In this document: positions 1-12,000 of the stretch, piece after piece
Layout of the letters: every line of letters begins with the position of its first letter
How positions within the stretch are numbered: position 1 is the stretch's first letter
Assembly: GCA_051530055.1 (NCBI GenBank)
Contig: CM121343.1
Location: 7,038,389 to 7,102,388, forward strand
Length of the DNA: 64,000 bases
Direction of reading: 5' to 3'
Source: Neoechinorhynchus agilis
Taxonomy: Eukaryota; Animalia; Acanthocephala
Made by a program: the position numbers and the translations under genes
Notes under the pieces: model-generated
Told to the model about the DNA's origin: nothing
The model's input: only the letters and a program-made list of their open reading frames with translations
Databases searched by the model: none

Positions 1-1138
1 ATCTTTCAATGCCACATCAAAGTCTCTCGTCCCCGAAGAACCATCTTCTGTACGTTAAAGCCTCCCATCTTAGAAATACCTTTAGTTTCCGGAAATCTCA
101 TAGTGATCGCGCAAAAAAACCCACGATTTATAATCCTACAACCACACAGTCTCTGGTCCCCGAAGAACGACCTTCTGTACGTTAAACAGTCTCAAATCTT
201 AGAAATATCTTTAGTTTCCGGAAATAATCTCATAGTGATCCGCAAAAAACCCACGATTTATAATCCTACTTTTAAATGCCACATCAAAGTCTCTGGTCCC
301 CGAAGAACGATCTTCTGTACGTTAAACAGTCTCAAATCTTAGAAATATCTTTAGTTTCAGGAAATAATCTCATATTGATCGCGCAAAAAAACCCACGATT
401 TATAATCCTACTTTTAAGTCCCACATCAAAGTCTCTGGTCCCTTACCCATAACCCAACAACGATCTTCTGTACGTTAAATTGCCTCAAATCTTAGAAATA
501 CTCTTTAAAGTATCCGGAAATAATCTCATATTGATCGCGCAAAAAAACCCACGATTTATAATCCTATCTTTCAATGCCACATCAAAGTCTCTGGTCCCTT
601 ACCCGTCCCCAAAGAACGACCTTCTGTACGTTAAACAGCCTCAAATCTTAGAAATATCTTTAGTTTCCGGAAATAATCTCATATTGATCGCGCAAAAAAA
701 CCCACGATTTATAATCCTATCTTTCAATGCCACATCAAAGTCTCTGGTCCCCGAAGAACGACCTTCTGTACGTTAAACAGTCTCAAATCTTAGAAATATC
801 TTTAGTTTCCGGAAATAATCTCATAGTGATCCCGCAAAAAACCCACGATTTATAATCCTACTTTTAAATGCCACATCAAAGTCTGGTCCCCGAAGAACGA
901 TCTTCTATACGTTAAATAGTCTCAAATCTTAGAAATATATTTTCTTTAAAGTTTCCAAGAATAATCTCATATTGATCGCTAAAAAACCCACTATTTAAAA
1001 TCCTACTTTTAAATGCCACATCAAAGTCTGTGGTCCCGTTACCCGTCGCCGAAGAACGATCTTCTGTATGTTAAACAGTCTCAAATCTTAGAAATCTACT
1101 TTCTTTAAAGTATGAGAAAATAATTTCATATTGATCGC
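1..1138. repeat. Satellite A, about 135-156 bp monomer, about 8 diverged copies (runs off the window start)
   Basis: (G)CCACATCAAAGTC anchor recurs at about 11, 278, 420, 576, 729, 870 and 1015, with a diverged copy near 142. Confidence 0.95.
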
Positions 1139-3112
1139 AAAGTCCCTCCCGTAGCGGTCGCCGATGAACACGTTTCTGTACGTAAAATATTCTCGGATCC
1201 GGGCATTCTATTTTTTTGAAAAGTATCCGTAAATAGTCTCGGTCTCAAATCGAGGATATAAAAATTGTTTGATTATAAATCCTACCTTTAAAAAGTCCCT
1301 CCCGTAGCGGTCGCCGATGAACACGTTTCTGTACGTAAAATATTCTCGGATCCGGGCATTCAATTTTTTTTGAAAAGTATCCGTAAATAGTCTCGGTCTC
1401 AAATCGAGGATATAAAAATTGTTTGATTATAAATCCTACCTTTAAAAAGTCCCTCCCGTAGCGGTCGCCGATGAACACGTTTCTGTACGTAAAATATTCT
1501 CGGATCCGGGCATTCTATTTTTTTGAAAAGTATCCGTAAATAGTCTCGGTCTCAAATTGAGGATATAAAAATTGTTTGATTATAAATCCTACCTTTAAAA
1601 AGTCCCTCCCGTAGCGGTCGCCGATGAACACGTTTCTGTACGTAAAATATTCTCGGATCCGGGCATTCAATTTTTTTTGAAAAGTATCCGTAAATAGTCT
1701 CGGTCTCAAATCGAGGATATAAAAATTGTTTGATTATAAATCCTACCTTTAAGAAGTCCCTCGGGTACCGGTCGCCGATGAACACGTTTCTGTACGTAAA
1801 ATATTCTCGGATCCGGGCATTCAATTTTTTTTGAAAAGTATCCGTAAATAGTCTCGGTCTCAAATCGAGGATATAAAAATTGTTTGATTATAAATCCTAC
1901 CTTTAAAAGTCCCTCGGGTACCGGTCGCCGATGAACACGTTTCTGTACGTAAAATATTCTCGGATCCGGGCATTCAATTTTTTTTGAAAAGTATCCGTAA
2001 ATAGTCTCGGTCTCAAATTGAGGATATAAAATTTGTTTGATTATAAATCCTACCTTTAAGAAGTCCCTCCCGTAGCGGTCGCCGATGAACACGTTTCTGT
2101 ACGTAAAATATTCTCGGATCCGGGCATTCTATTTTTTTTGAAAAGTATCCGTAAATAGTCTCGGTCTCAAATCGAGGATATAAAAATTGTTTGATTATAA
2201 ATCCTACCTTTAAGAAGTCCCTCGGGTACCGGTCGCCGATGAACACATTTCTGTACGTAAAATATTCTCGGATCCGGGCATTCTATTTTTTTTGAAAAGT
2301 ATCCGTAAATAGTCTCGGTCTCAAATTGAGGATATAAAATTTGTTTGATTATAAATCCTACCTTTAAGAAGTCCCTCCCGTACCGGTCGCCGATGAACAC
2401 GTTTCTGTACGTAAAATATTCTCGGATCCGGGCATTCAATTTTTTTTGAAAAGTATCCGTAAATAGTCTCGGTCTCAAATCGAGGATATAAAAATTGTTT
2501 GATTATAAATCCTACCTTTAAGAAGTCCCTCCCGTAGCGGTCGCCGATGAACACGTTTCTGTACGTAAAATATTCTCGGATCCGGGCATTCTATTTTTTT
2601 TTGAAAAGTATCCGTAAATAGTCTCGGTCTCAAATTGAGGATATAAAATTTGTTTGATTATAAATCCTACCTTTAAGAAGTCCCTCGGGTACCGGTCGCC
2701 GATGAACACGTTTCTGTACGTAAAATATTCTCGGATCCGGGCATTCAATTTTTTTTGAAAAGTATCCGTAAATAGTCTCGGTCTCAAATCGAGGATATAA
2801 AAATTGTTTGATTATAAATCCTACCTTTAAGAAGTCCCTCGGGTACCGGTCGCCGATGAACACATTTCTGTACGTAAAATATTCTCGGATCCGGGCATTC
2901 TATTTTTTTTTGAAAAGTATCCGTAAATAGTCTCGGTCTCAAATTGAGGATATAAAATTTGTTTGATTATAAATCCTACCTTTAAGAAGTCCCTCCCGTA
3001 CCGGTCGCACGTAAAATATTCTCGGATCCGGGCATTCAATTTTTTTTGAAAAGTATCCGTAAATAGTCTCGGTCTCAAATTGAGGATATAAAAATTGTTT
3101 GATTGTAAATCG
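1139..3112. repeat. Satellite B, 153-155 bp monomer, about 13 near-identical copies
   Basis: AGTCCCTC...GGTCGCCGATGAACAC...AAATCCTACCTTTAA repeats at 1141, 1294, 1448 onward to about 2990. Confidence 0.97.
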
Positions 3113-3660
3113 TACCTGAGTGATCCGAGTGGTAGAAAATGAATTGTGTTTCAAAGTACAGGAGGAATATTCGAGGATAGCGATGAGGCAGCAGCAACAG
3201 TTACTGCTTTTGGGCAATGTAGGGGCATATACATAGGCTTTTTTGACATTCTCGCCGGTGACCTTACCACTAGTGCGCAAACATACAATATATTTAGGTC
3301 CCATTATTCATCAGAACAGCGGCAGATGTGTTCGCAACGCTGCTCCCTATGCTCATGCGTACTCTACTCCCTTTCATATCGTCCTCTTCATTAAGGTACC
3401 TGCTCACTACGGTCAATTCTTCTTTAAAGACTACTGTCGACTGTGACAGTCTTGGTGCATGAATGAGAGCATAGGAACGAAAACTAAAATCAAGCAGTCT
3501 TTTGAGCCATTTATTTGCTATTCGCTTTAGACGATATTGGTTCTGATCAACAATTGAACCTTAATGCGTAACCTCCTATTCACGATATGGAAGGTTGTTT
3601 TATTCAAAAAAGAAAAATAATGTGCTTAGTTTTTGATTCTTGTTCTTTGATATATATGGA

Positions 3661-4726
3661 AAAGTCAAACTTTCTCGAATGTCAGTGCTTTTTTAAAGAA
3701 ATAAAAGTAATGAGTTTTAAAGACTCAGAATTGACCAGGGAAATTCGTGAGTGAAGTTTTTGGATGTGATAGCTGATCAATTGATGAATCAAAAAAAGTC
3801 AAACTTTCCCGAATGTCAGTGCTTTTTTAAAGAAATAAAAGTAATGAGTTTTAAAGACTCAGAAATGACCAGGGAAATTCGTGAGTGAAGTTTTTGGATG
3901 TGATAGCTGATCAATTGATGAATCAAAAAAGTCAAACTTTCCCGAATGTCAGTGTTTTTTTAAAGAAATAAAAGTAATGAGTTTTAAAGACTCAGAAATG
4001 ACCAGGGAAATTCGTGAGTGAAGTTTTTGGATGTGATAGCTGATCAATTGATGAATCAAAAAAGTCAAACTTTCCCGAATGTCAGTGTTTTTTTAAAGAA
4101 ATAAAAGTAATGAGTTTTAAAGACTCAGAAATGACCAGGGAAATTCGTGAGTGAAGTTTTTGGATGTGATAGCTGATCAATTGATGAATCAAAAAAGTCA
4201 AACTTTCCCGAATGTCAGTGCTTTTTTAAAGAAATAAAAGTAATGAGTTTTAAAGACTCAGAAATGACCAGGGAAATTCGTGAGTGAAGTTTTTGGATGT
4301 GATAGCTGATCAATTGATGAATCAAAAAAAGTCAAACTTTCCCGAATGTCAGTGTTTTTTTAAAGAAATAAAAGTAATGAGTTTTAAAGACTCAGAAATG
4401 ACCAGGGAAATTCGTGAGTGAAGTTTTTGGATGTGATAGCTGATCAATTGATGAATCAAAAAAAGTCAAACTTTCCCGAATGTCAGTGCTTTTTTAAAGA
4501 AATAAAAGTAATGAGTTTTAAAGACTCAGAAATGACCAGGGAAATTCGTGAGTGAAGTTTTTGGATGTGATAGCTGATCAATTGATGAATCAAAAAAAGT
4601 CAAACTTTCCCGAATGTCAGTGCTTTTTTAAAGAAATAAAAGTAATGAGTTTTAAAGACTCAGAATTGACCAGGGAAATTCGTGAGTGAAGTTTTTGGAT
4701 GTGATAGCTGATCAATTGATGAATCA
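3661..4726. repeat. Satellite C, 133-134 bp monomer, 8 copies
   Basis: GTCAAACTTTCCCGAATGTCAGTG anchor at 3664, 3798, 3931, 4064 onward to about 4600; contains the ATCAATTGAT palindrome. Confidence 0.97.
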
Positions 4727-6139
4727 ACGGATAAGACCGGAACTCATCAACATTAGAATATGATTGCGTATCAAGAATAAATTATTTGTCTGAAAAGGTT
4801 AAAGCACATTTGAGACCACAAGTGATTTAATTTTATGTCGGTTCCAACATAGCAAAAGATAATTCGAGAATACACAGCCGGTAGTTTTTCCGTCAAGCAC
4901 ATTCACTCAGTCCGCTTTTTTTGGTGCTCACATTTTGCTGACAGGTAACGCGATTAAGCTGTGGGAATATGTGAGTTTATCGTTTGCGAAAACCTATTAC
5001 ATAATGATGAGAGTGATACAAAGAAGTTTCTTAGATAATTTCACAAACTGCTTTGACGTTCTTTGGATTTTTTGTGAGCTCAGTATTCATTAGACGACCA
5101 GTTCCGTTCGCCCATTGGCCACAAATATCAAAAAAATTAGTTGATTTTCGATTAGGTAGCAGTAAAGGTTCAATAGATTTTCAAAGAATAAGCTAGTAAA
5201 TATCGAAGCCTCCACGTGATAAATGTGAGCATTATCCGTTTACATGCCCTCTCACAAATATGACAGACTCGCGGCGGATTCATCGATATGTCCGGATTGT
5301 AATGTCGTTCTAGAATTATATAAGCTTGCCGAAAAATCATTTTCCGATTTCCCTAATAACTTGCAATTTACTAAAATATGGAAACGTACGACGCAATTTA
5401 TATAAGAATTGAATATGGATCCCCATCATGAATGTGTTGTAAGTTAAATGAAATACTATTAGTTTTTAGAAGATCATACAAATCTTTTCATTGCTCTATT
5501 TCCCTAAGGCATATTATTTTAATAATGAGTGTTGGAATGCCCTAGGTTTTTTTAGTGTGTCGATTTTTAACGAGTTCCACGTTGATGTTAATAATGGCCG
5601 AAAATGATGATGATAGCCACTATCTATTATTACCTAACATTTCATTATTCTTATTTTTTGTTCTCTTAAATATCCTGTCCTAGAAAATGTACATGAACTG
5701 GCTTTTTTTTTCATTACTGATGATAATTGTGTTAATGTTTACTTGTTTGGCGCACTGTGTGTTTTAGTGAGTGGTTGAGGTAGCAAATCTAATCTTTTCC
5801 TTGGAGAATTTCCCTGATGATAGCTATTCGGGGAGCACCGCCAGTAACGGAATGTAGTCGTCGCTGTGATAACGAAAGGATATCATTCAAGGTCATAGAT
5901 AACTGCATTAAAAAGGAAGACCCCTCCGTAAAAAGACAAGTATGTGTCAGATCTTTTTAACATAAGCAACGAGAATCATACTTTTTCGCCGGGTTTGACT
6001 CCCAGTGCGCCCTGCTGGCAGCGACGCTATAAGAAGTCCCGATAGAAATTATCTTTTCACTCTCATAACTTGAATGAAGCGCTTACTGCTCTTATTGATT
6101 TCGATTTCATCGAATCATTCGTCATAGAATTTATCTACA

Positions 6140-7657
6140 ATGGGGAACTGCATGGCAAAATGGTGGCTCAAAAAAGGACTGAAACTTTACCAATCAAATC
6201 GACAGGATGAAGCTACCTATCAATGGAAGCGACATGTTATTAAAATGAGCACCAGCACTTATAAATTCCTCACTTACAATTACCTTGCAATCGTGTCGTT
6301 CAACTGCGGGAATTTTCGAGATTTCCTAAGCTACGCATCTAATCAACAAATGGTTGCAGAAAAACTCAATAATAGTCAACTCATGTGCAAATCATTTATC
6401 CAAATGGCCAAAGCAAATTATAAACTAGGGGAATATTTTAGATGCATGGCTTATTGTCGAGAAGCACTACGATATGAAGGCTTAACCGCGGACCTAGAAG
6501 CTCAAATTTACCTTATGATGGGAGATGTTTACTATCGACTCGGACACCTTGAACGATCCATTATGTGCTGGAACACATCGCTTAGGCTGGCCCAAGAGCA
6601 AGACGACGTTGTGGTCGAATCGGAGATTTTGACGAGTATTGGAAAGTTACACCTTGACTTTGGCGATATCTTAGGCGCCTTAAATATGTTTAAACAAGCT
6701 TATCTTCTCTTGACGAGGAGCGACAAACATAAAGAACATCAATTGATGAAACCAAGTCAGGAGACGACTCTACTGTATGCAGCTATTTTGCAGAGGCTTG
6801 GCTACTCTAATTATTCAATTTTATTGATCGATGTATGATTAGCAAGTTCAAGAGGAATCTTTAAGTGTAATCCTTTCTAGACAGTTGCAAAGGAAGCCAG
6901 CTTAGGTGGAAACCGGTGGCTGGGTGCACTTGCTATGATTCAGAAGGCTGTTGCTCTTAGAGGCAGTGTAAACGACGAGGTGAGCAGGATTTTAAGATTG
7001 AACGACCTTTTGTCACGGCTTCATCCTAAGGATGTCCTCACCGTTTGTAAAATATCACTTGCCATGTTGAAAGAAGCAGGAGATAAATACAATCAGATAA
7101 ATGCAAATTTAATAATATCTCAAATACTCACGGAATTGCCTTCCTTGAGGCATCACAGTTTTGAGGCATGTATACGGAATATTGATGCTAAAATTGAGCT
7201 TGCTTTTTTAGAATCGGCTACGAGATGCCGTCGATATCGCCTGTAACGCCAGTGATAAGGTATATTTGTGGCGATAAATCGAGTATAATCAATCGATTGT
7301 TCCTTTGAAGATTTCACAATTTGTCTGCAGTCACATTTGTGCTGAAGTTTATGAAATGCGAGGGCAATATTCAGAATCCAGTTGGTATTCAAATCAAGCA
7401 GATACAATGGCACGGGAAATCAACATGCTATGCCATGTATGTGGCTGTGTTTTTGGAATAACCTTAGGAGGAATCGAGATTTTGCCTTGTAGTCATATCT
7501 TCCATACAAGGTATCATGACCATCAAAACGAAATTCCTAAAAAATATTTAGGTGTATATTTAACGATCTTGAGAAATCTAAAAAGCAAATGCAGCCTTGT
7601 CGCAAGTGTAATCGGTTATACGCATATAATGAGGGGTTTCTCTCTCTAAAACTGTAA
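6140..7657 (+). CDS. RAPSN: Rapsyn (43 kDa acetylcholine receptor-associated protein; TPR + RING-H2)
   Basis: N-terminus MGNCMAKWWLKKGLKLYQSN matches rapsyn [20 protein letters not shown]; TPR repeats; spliced C-terminus CHVC..LPCSHIFHTRC..PCRKC gives a complete RING-H2. Introns 6833-6880, 6980-7030, 7166-7211 (GC-AG), 7260-7310, 7511-7551. Confidence 0.9.
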
Positions 7658-8140
7658 CAAAATTGACCTCTGTATATAAGAACTCAAGGGCGTACTCTTG
7701 AGAATGACAGCAATAAAAGAATAAACCAAATCATTTAAACATTTGACCGATCAACGAACATCACAACAAACCTTTATAGTGCATTGAAACGTTCAAATAT
7801 TTACTGACAATCATCGACGAGTAAAACATTCCTGCTTAATTAAAAGGCTAATAAAAGACTTTCACATCAATCAAATGTACTTCCAAACTTGTAATATTAG
7901 CACTTCAATTACATTACAAATTAATGCTTTTATTGCCATTCTCCACTTATACATTATTTGAGTTGATTCACTCAATGAACAGAAATCAGTTCTTCATAAT
8001 ATACAAAAATTACGTCTTTTAGACAAATCGGTAATTCTCAAAGTTGATTTATAAAAAAAATGGATTTTTTATATGAAGGCAGAAAAAAGAACTATGATGT
8101 CTTTATGCAGGTTGTTTATCAAATGAGAATAAAAAAAATT

Positions 8141-8590
8141 AAGCTTGTTTTATGGCGCGTAGAAAATTAAAATCATCGATAAAAAATCCTTCGGGTTAGT
8201 CAAAGTATTATTTTGGTGATAATCCCGGTAATAGCACATTTGACTTATTGGAAATATTTCTAACCTCGTCTTATCAGTAGCAATGACTGATGAGGCGAGG
8301 TTACCTCGCGAAATATTTCCAATAAATAAAATGTGCTATTACCGGGATTATCACCAAAATAATAAAAATTAAATTGATGTTTTGGATTTTAAAATCCGAT
8401 TGGTTTCAGATGGGCACAATCTTGTACGCTTTTTGATCAAGCTTCAAAAGTTACAAACAACAACCTTGATCAAAAAGCGTACAAGATTGTGCGCCCCCGA
8501 AACGAATCGGATTTTAAAATCCAAAAAATCGATTTAATTTTTCACCGGCATAAAACCCTAATTAACATGAACAGTTCAATGTTCAACCGA
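8141..8590. mobile_element. Foldback/MITE family E copy with a nested family F element
   Basis: Long inverted arms GGATTTTAAAATCCGATT..CACAATCTTGTACGCTTTTTGATCAAG / CTTGATCAAAAAGCGTACAAGATTGTG..AATCGGATTTTAAAATCC; related copies at 47361-47550 and in each 509-bp unit. Confidence 0.75.
8206..8364. mobile_element. Foldback/MITE family F (near-complete 159-bp hairpin)
   Basis: 55-bp arms 8206-8260 and 8310-8364 are reverse complements with few mismatches, and the interior is also an inverted repeat; relatives at 21788-21988 and 50861-50983. Confidence 0.8.
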
Positions 8591-9036
8591 ACGACCTATT
8601 GTCGAAATATCGGACTAAATTCCTTCAATTTTTGCACGGGGTAAGGGCAAGTATGAAACAAAAGCCGATTAAAAGTTCTTAAGAAGATTTTTCAGCCACG
8701 GCTGTCTCAGGTCCATTCGTTTGTTACATAACACTTACTCCAATTCGAAAAATCGTGCCTCTCCATTTTTGTAGCACGTAACATCTTACCAGACTACACT
8801 GAGTCACTCTCTTTACAATTACCTTTACCACATATTTGAGAAGTATTCAAACGCCCTCTAGCGCTAGACGATTCATCGTAGTGTTAAGAAAACGTGTAGA
8901 ATCTTCTCGACCCCAAAAAACTATATACAAAGGCTCCTAAGTAATGAACGCAGACAAGAGAATCAACTGTCATGACAGCAGCAATGAGATTGAAAATGAT
9001 GTTATGTACATTAGGATTCCAGGTAGAAACTTAAAG

Positions 9037-12000
9037 ATGTCAGTGTTGAACTTGCTAAGATATGGAGAGAACGGGGTTGATGAAAATGGTAAATTCGCTT
9101 GGACGATGGATTCACCGCCTTCGTCTAACTATGGAGGACAGAACAAATTCGTTTGGATTGCCCATAATAGTGAAGGATTCGTAAAAGCCTTATTGCTCGA
9201 AGAAAACGACGAGTTATTAACCGTGGAGGTTTGTGGTTCAAACGAAAAAATTAAAATATCTCGAGATGAATGCCAAAAAGCAAATCCAGCTAAATTCTCA
9301 AAGGTTGAAGATATGGCTGAACTTACCTGCTTGAATGAAGCATCAGTCCTACACAATCTAAAGGAACGATACTTCAGTGGCCTTTTTTACACTTATTCTG
9401 GATTATTCTGCGTCGTTGTGAATCCTTACAAGAAAACGCACATTTACTCGGATATCATTATGAAGTTTTACAAAGGAAAGCGATTAACGGATGCTCCACC
9501 TCATATATTTGCAGTAACCGATGCAGCTTACAGGTCAATGCTTCAGGGTAAGTACGATTTTTCCATCACAAATAAAAATTAAATTAATAATAAAAATCGA
9601 TTTTAGATAGGGAGGATCAATCCATTCTATGCACGTAAGGTTGCCTTTTTTTATACCTGTCCTATTAAAATAAATGTGATTTAGTGGCGAGTCAGGAGCA
9701 GGAAAAACCGAAAATACAAAAAAGATTATCCAATATCTTGCCTATGTTGCTGCAGCTCCTAAAAAAGTCGCATCTAATCGTCTCGGTGCATCTGTAATAC
9801 AAAAGTATTTTCTCACGTAAACCTATTAAATTATTTAGGCTGTACAACTCACAAGAACTCTAAATGGCCGAATCGATACTGTGAGCATTTTAAAATTGCA
9901 AAAACAATATTCAAATGGGAATTTTAGGCCGAACTTGAGCTACAATTACTTCAAGCTAACCCAATACTTGAATCATTTGGGAACGCAAAAACCGTCAAAA
10001 ATGATAATTCATCAAGATTTGTACTATTTATTAATCTAATAACGTCGTTCGCATCTTAATTATAGGGTAAATTTATTAGAATTAATTTCGATCACGTTGG
10101 ATACATATCGGGAGCTTCTATTGAAACCTGTTTGTATGGCGAAAAATCTATTATTGACTAAAAGGATTTTAGACTTGTTGGAAAAGTCAAGAACTGTAAG
10201 GCAAGCAAAAGACGAAAGGAGTTTCCACATATTTTATCAACTTTTAAACGGATGTGACGATAAACTGTCAAGTATTTCTCTCTATGTGTTTTTCCTTAGA
10301 AAATACCTTTTTAAAATAGCCGAACTTCTATTGAAAGACGTAGATTCGTATACTTGTTTGTCAAATGGTTACATAGACTTGACTGACACCAATGATTCCG
10401 AAGAGTTTAAGCAAACCTTAGAAGCCATGCGGATTATGAACATGGGCGAAGAGCTCAATTGTAAGTACTGAACGAACTTCCGTTTCTTCTCACGGATTTA
10501 AAACAACAGCAATTTTAAAGACATTGTCAGCTATTTTATTGATGGGTAATATGACATTCATGCAAGATCGCAGTTCGGAACAGGCTACACTGCCCGATGA
10601 TACCAGTATGGCCGTTTAAATAATTTTCGAATTCGTGAATTGAGATTTTTAGTTGCACAGAAATTATCACATTTGCTCGGGCTAAACGTGACCGATTTAA
10701 CAAGAGCGTTTCTACGACCCAAATTAAAAGTCGGGCGGGACTACGTCCATAGAGCTCAAAATATTAACCAGGTAAATGAAATTGAATGGACGAAAGCGTC
10801 AAACATTTATAAACATTAAATAGGCTCAATTTGCAGTTGAAGCCATATCAAAGGCTATATATCAGCGCCTTTTCCGATGGATTGTCAACAAGATAAATAA
10901 ATCCTTGGATAGATCAACAGAGTCCGTCTCAACTTTTATCGGTATTCTCGACATGGCTGGTTTTGAGATATTTCAAGTGAGTAATGCGTTCCAGATTTGC
11001 TCATCCTGACAAATGAATGTTCAGATAAATTCCTTTGAGCAATTATGCATAAATTACACGAATGAAAAATTACAGCAGCTATTCAATCACACAATGTTCA
11101 TTCTTGAACAAGAAGAGTATGCAAGAGAAAAGATAGATTGGCGCTTCGTTGATTTCGGATTAGACCTACAACCCACAATCGATCTAATAGAAAAGGTGGG
11201 TGCGTTCTAAACACCATATAATAAAAACGGTTTAACGCAGCAAATGGGAGTAATGTCATTGCTCGATGAAGAATGCTGGTTTCCACGAGCAACCGATAAA
11301 ACTTATGTCGATAAGCTGATCTCAGCTCATGGCACCCATCCCAAATTTCTTAAACCCACGGTTAAAACAAGTCATGACTTTTCAATCGTTCATTATGCAG
11401 GAAGGGTAAGTATTAACGTTCACCTAGAATTCAATTTACCATTCTCACTTTTCTTAATTATTAAATAGGTAAATTATTGTGCAGATCAGTGGTTGTTGAA
11501 GAATAAAGATCCTTTAAATGACAACGTTGTAGCGCTTCTACAATCATCTAATGAACCTTTTGTTAGAGAAATTTGGAAAGACGGTATTATATGTGGAATA
11601 TTTCGGGCAATGACTAATATGCCATATAGCTGAGATAGTTAGCTTATCTACGGTAGATGATCTCGGGGAAGGAAATCTATCAGGTGTTTTTCATATACTC
11701 TAGACATAATCTCATACTTCAAAAATAGTATCAAGTTTAAGTTTAAAAGCAAATATCAAGAAAGGAATGTTCAGAACTGTTGGACAAACATATAAGGAAC
11801 AACTTTCGCAACTCATGAACACGCTCCAAACTACAAGTCCCAATTTTGTAAGATGCATAATCCCAAACCAAACAAAACAAGTAACTTATATTTCTTTTTT
11901 TAAGTAACCTGTAACTAACCAAGCATGTTCTAGCCAGGAAAAATAAACTCTATTCTAGTATTAGAACAATTAAGATGCAATGGGGTTCTTGAAGGAATTA

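Noticed and set aside
103-3304. Many repeated ORFs in satellites A and B (e.g. MRPRLFTDTFQKK...)
   Set aside because: Products of tandem monomers; frames shift with homopolymer length and mostly use TTG/GTG starts
3120-3450. Short ORFs between satellites B and C
   Set aside because: No recognisable motif on either strand
5985-6012. tRNA-like 3' fragment GGGTTTGACTCCCAGTGCGCCC
   Set aside because: Only a B-box-like stretch with no matching 5' half
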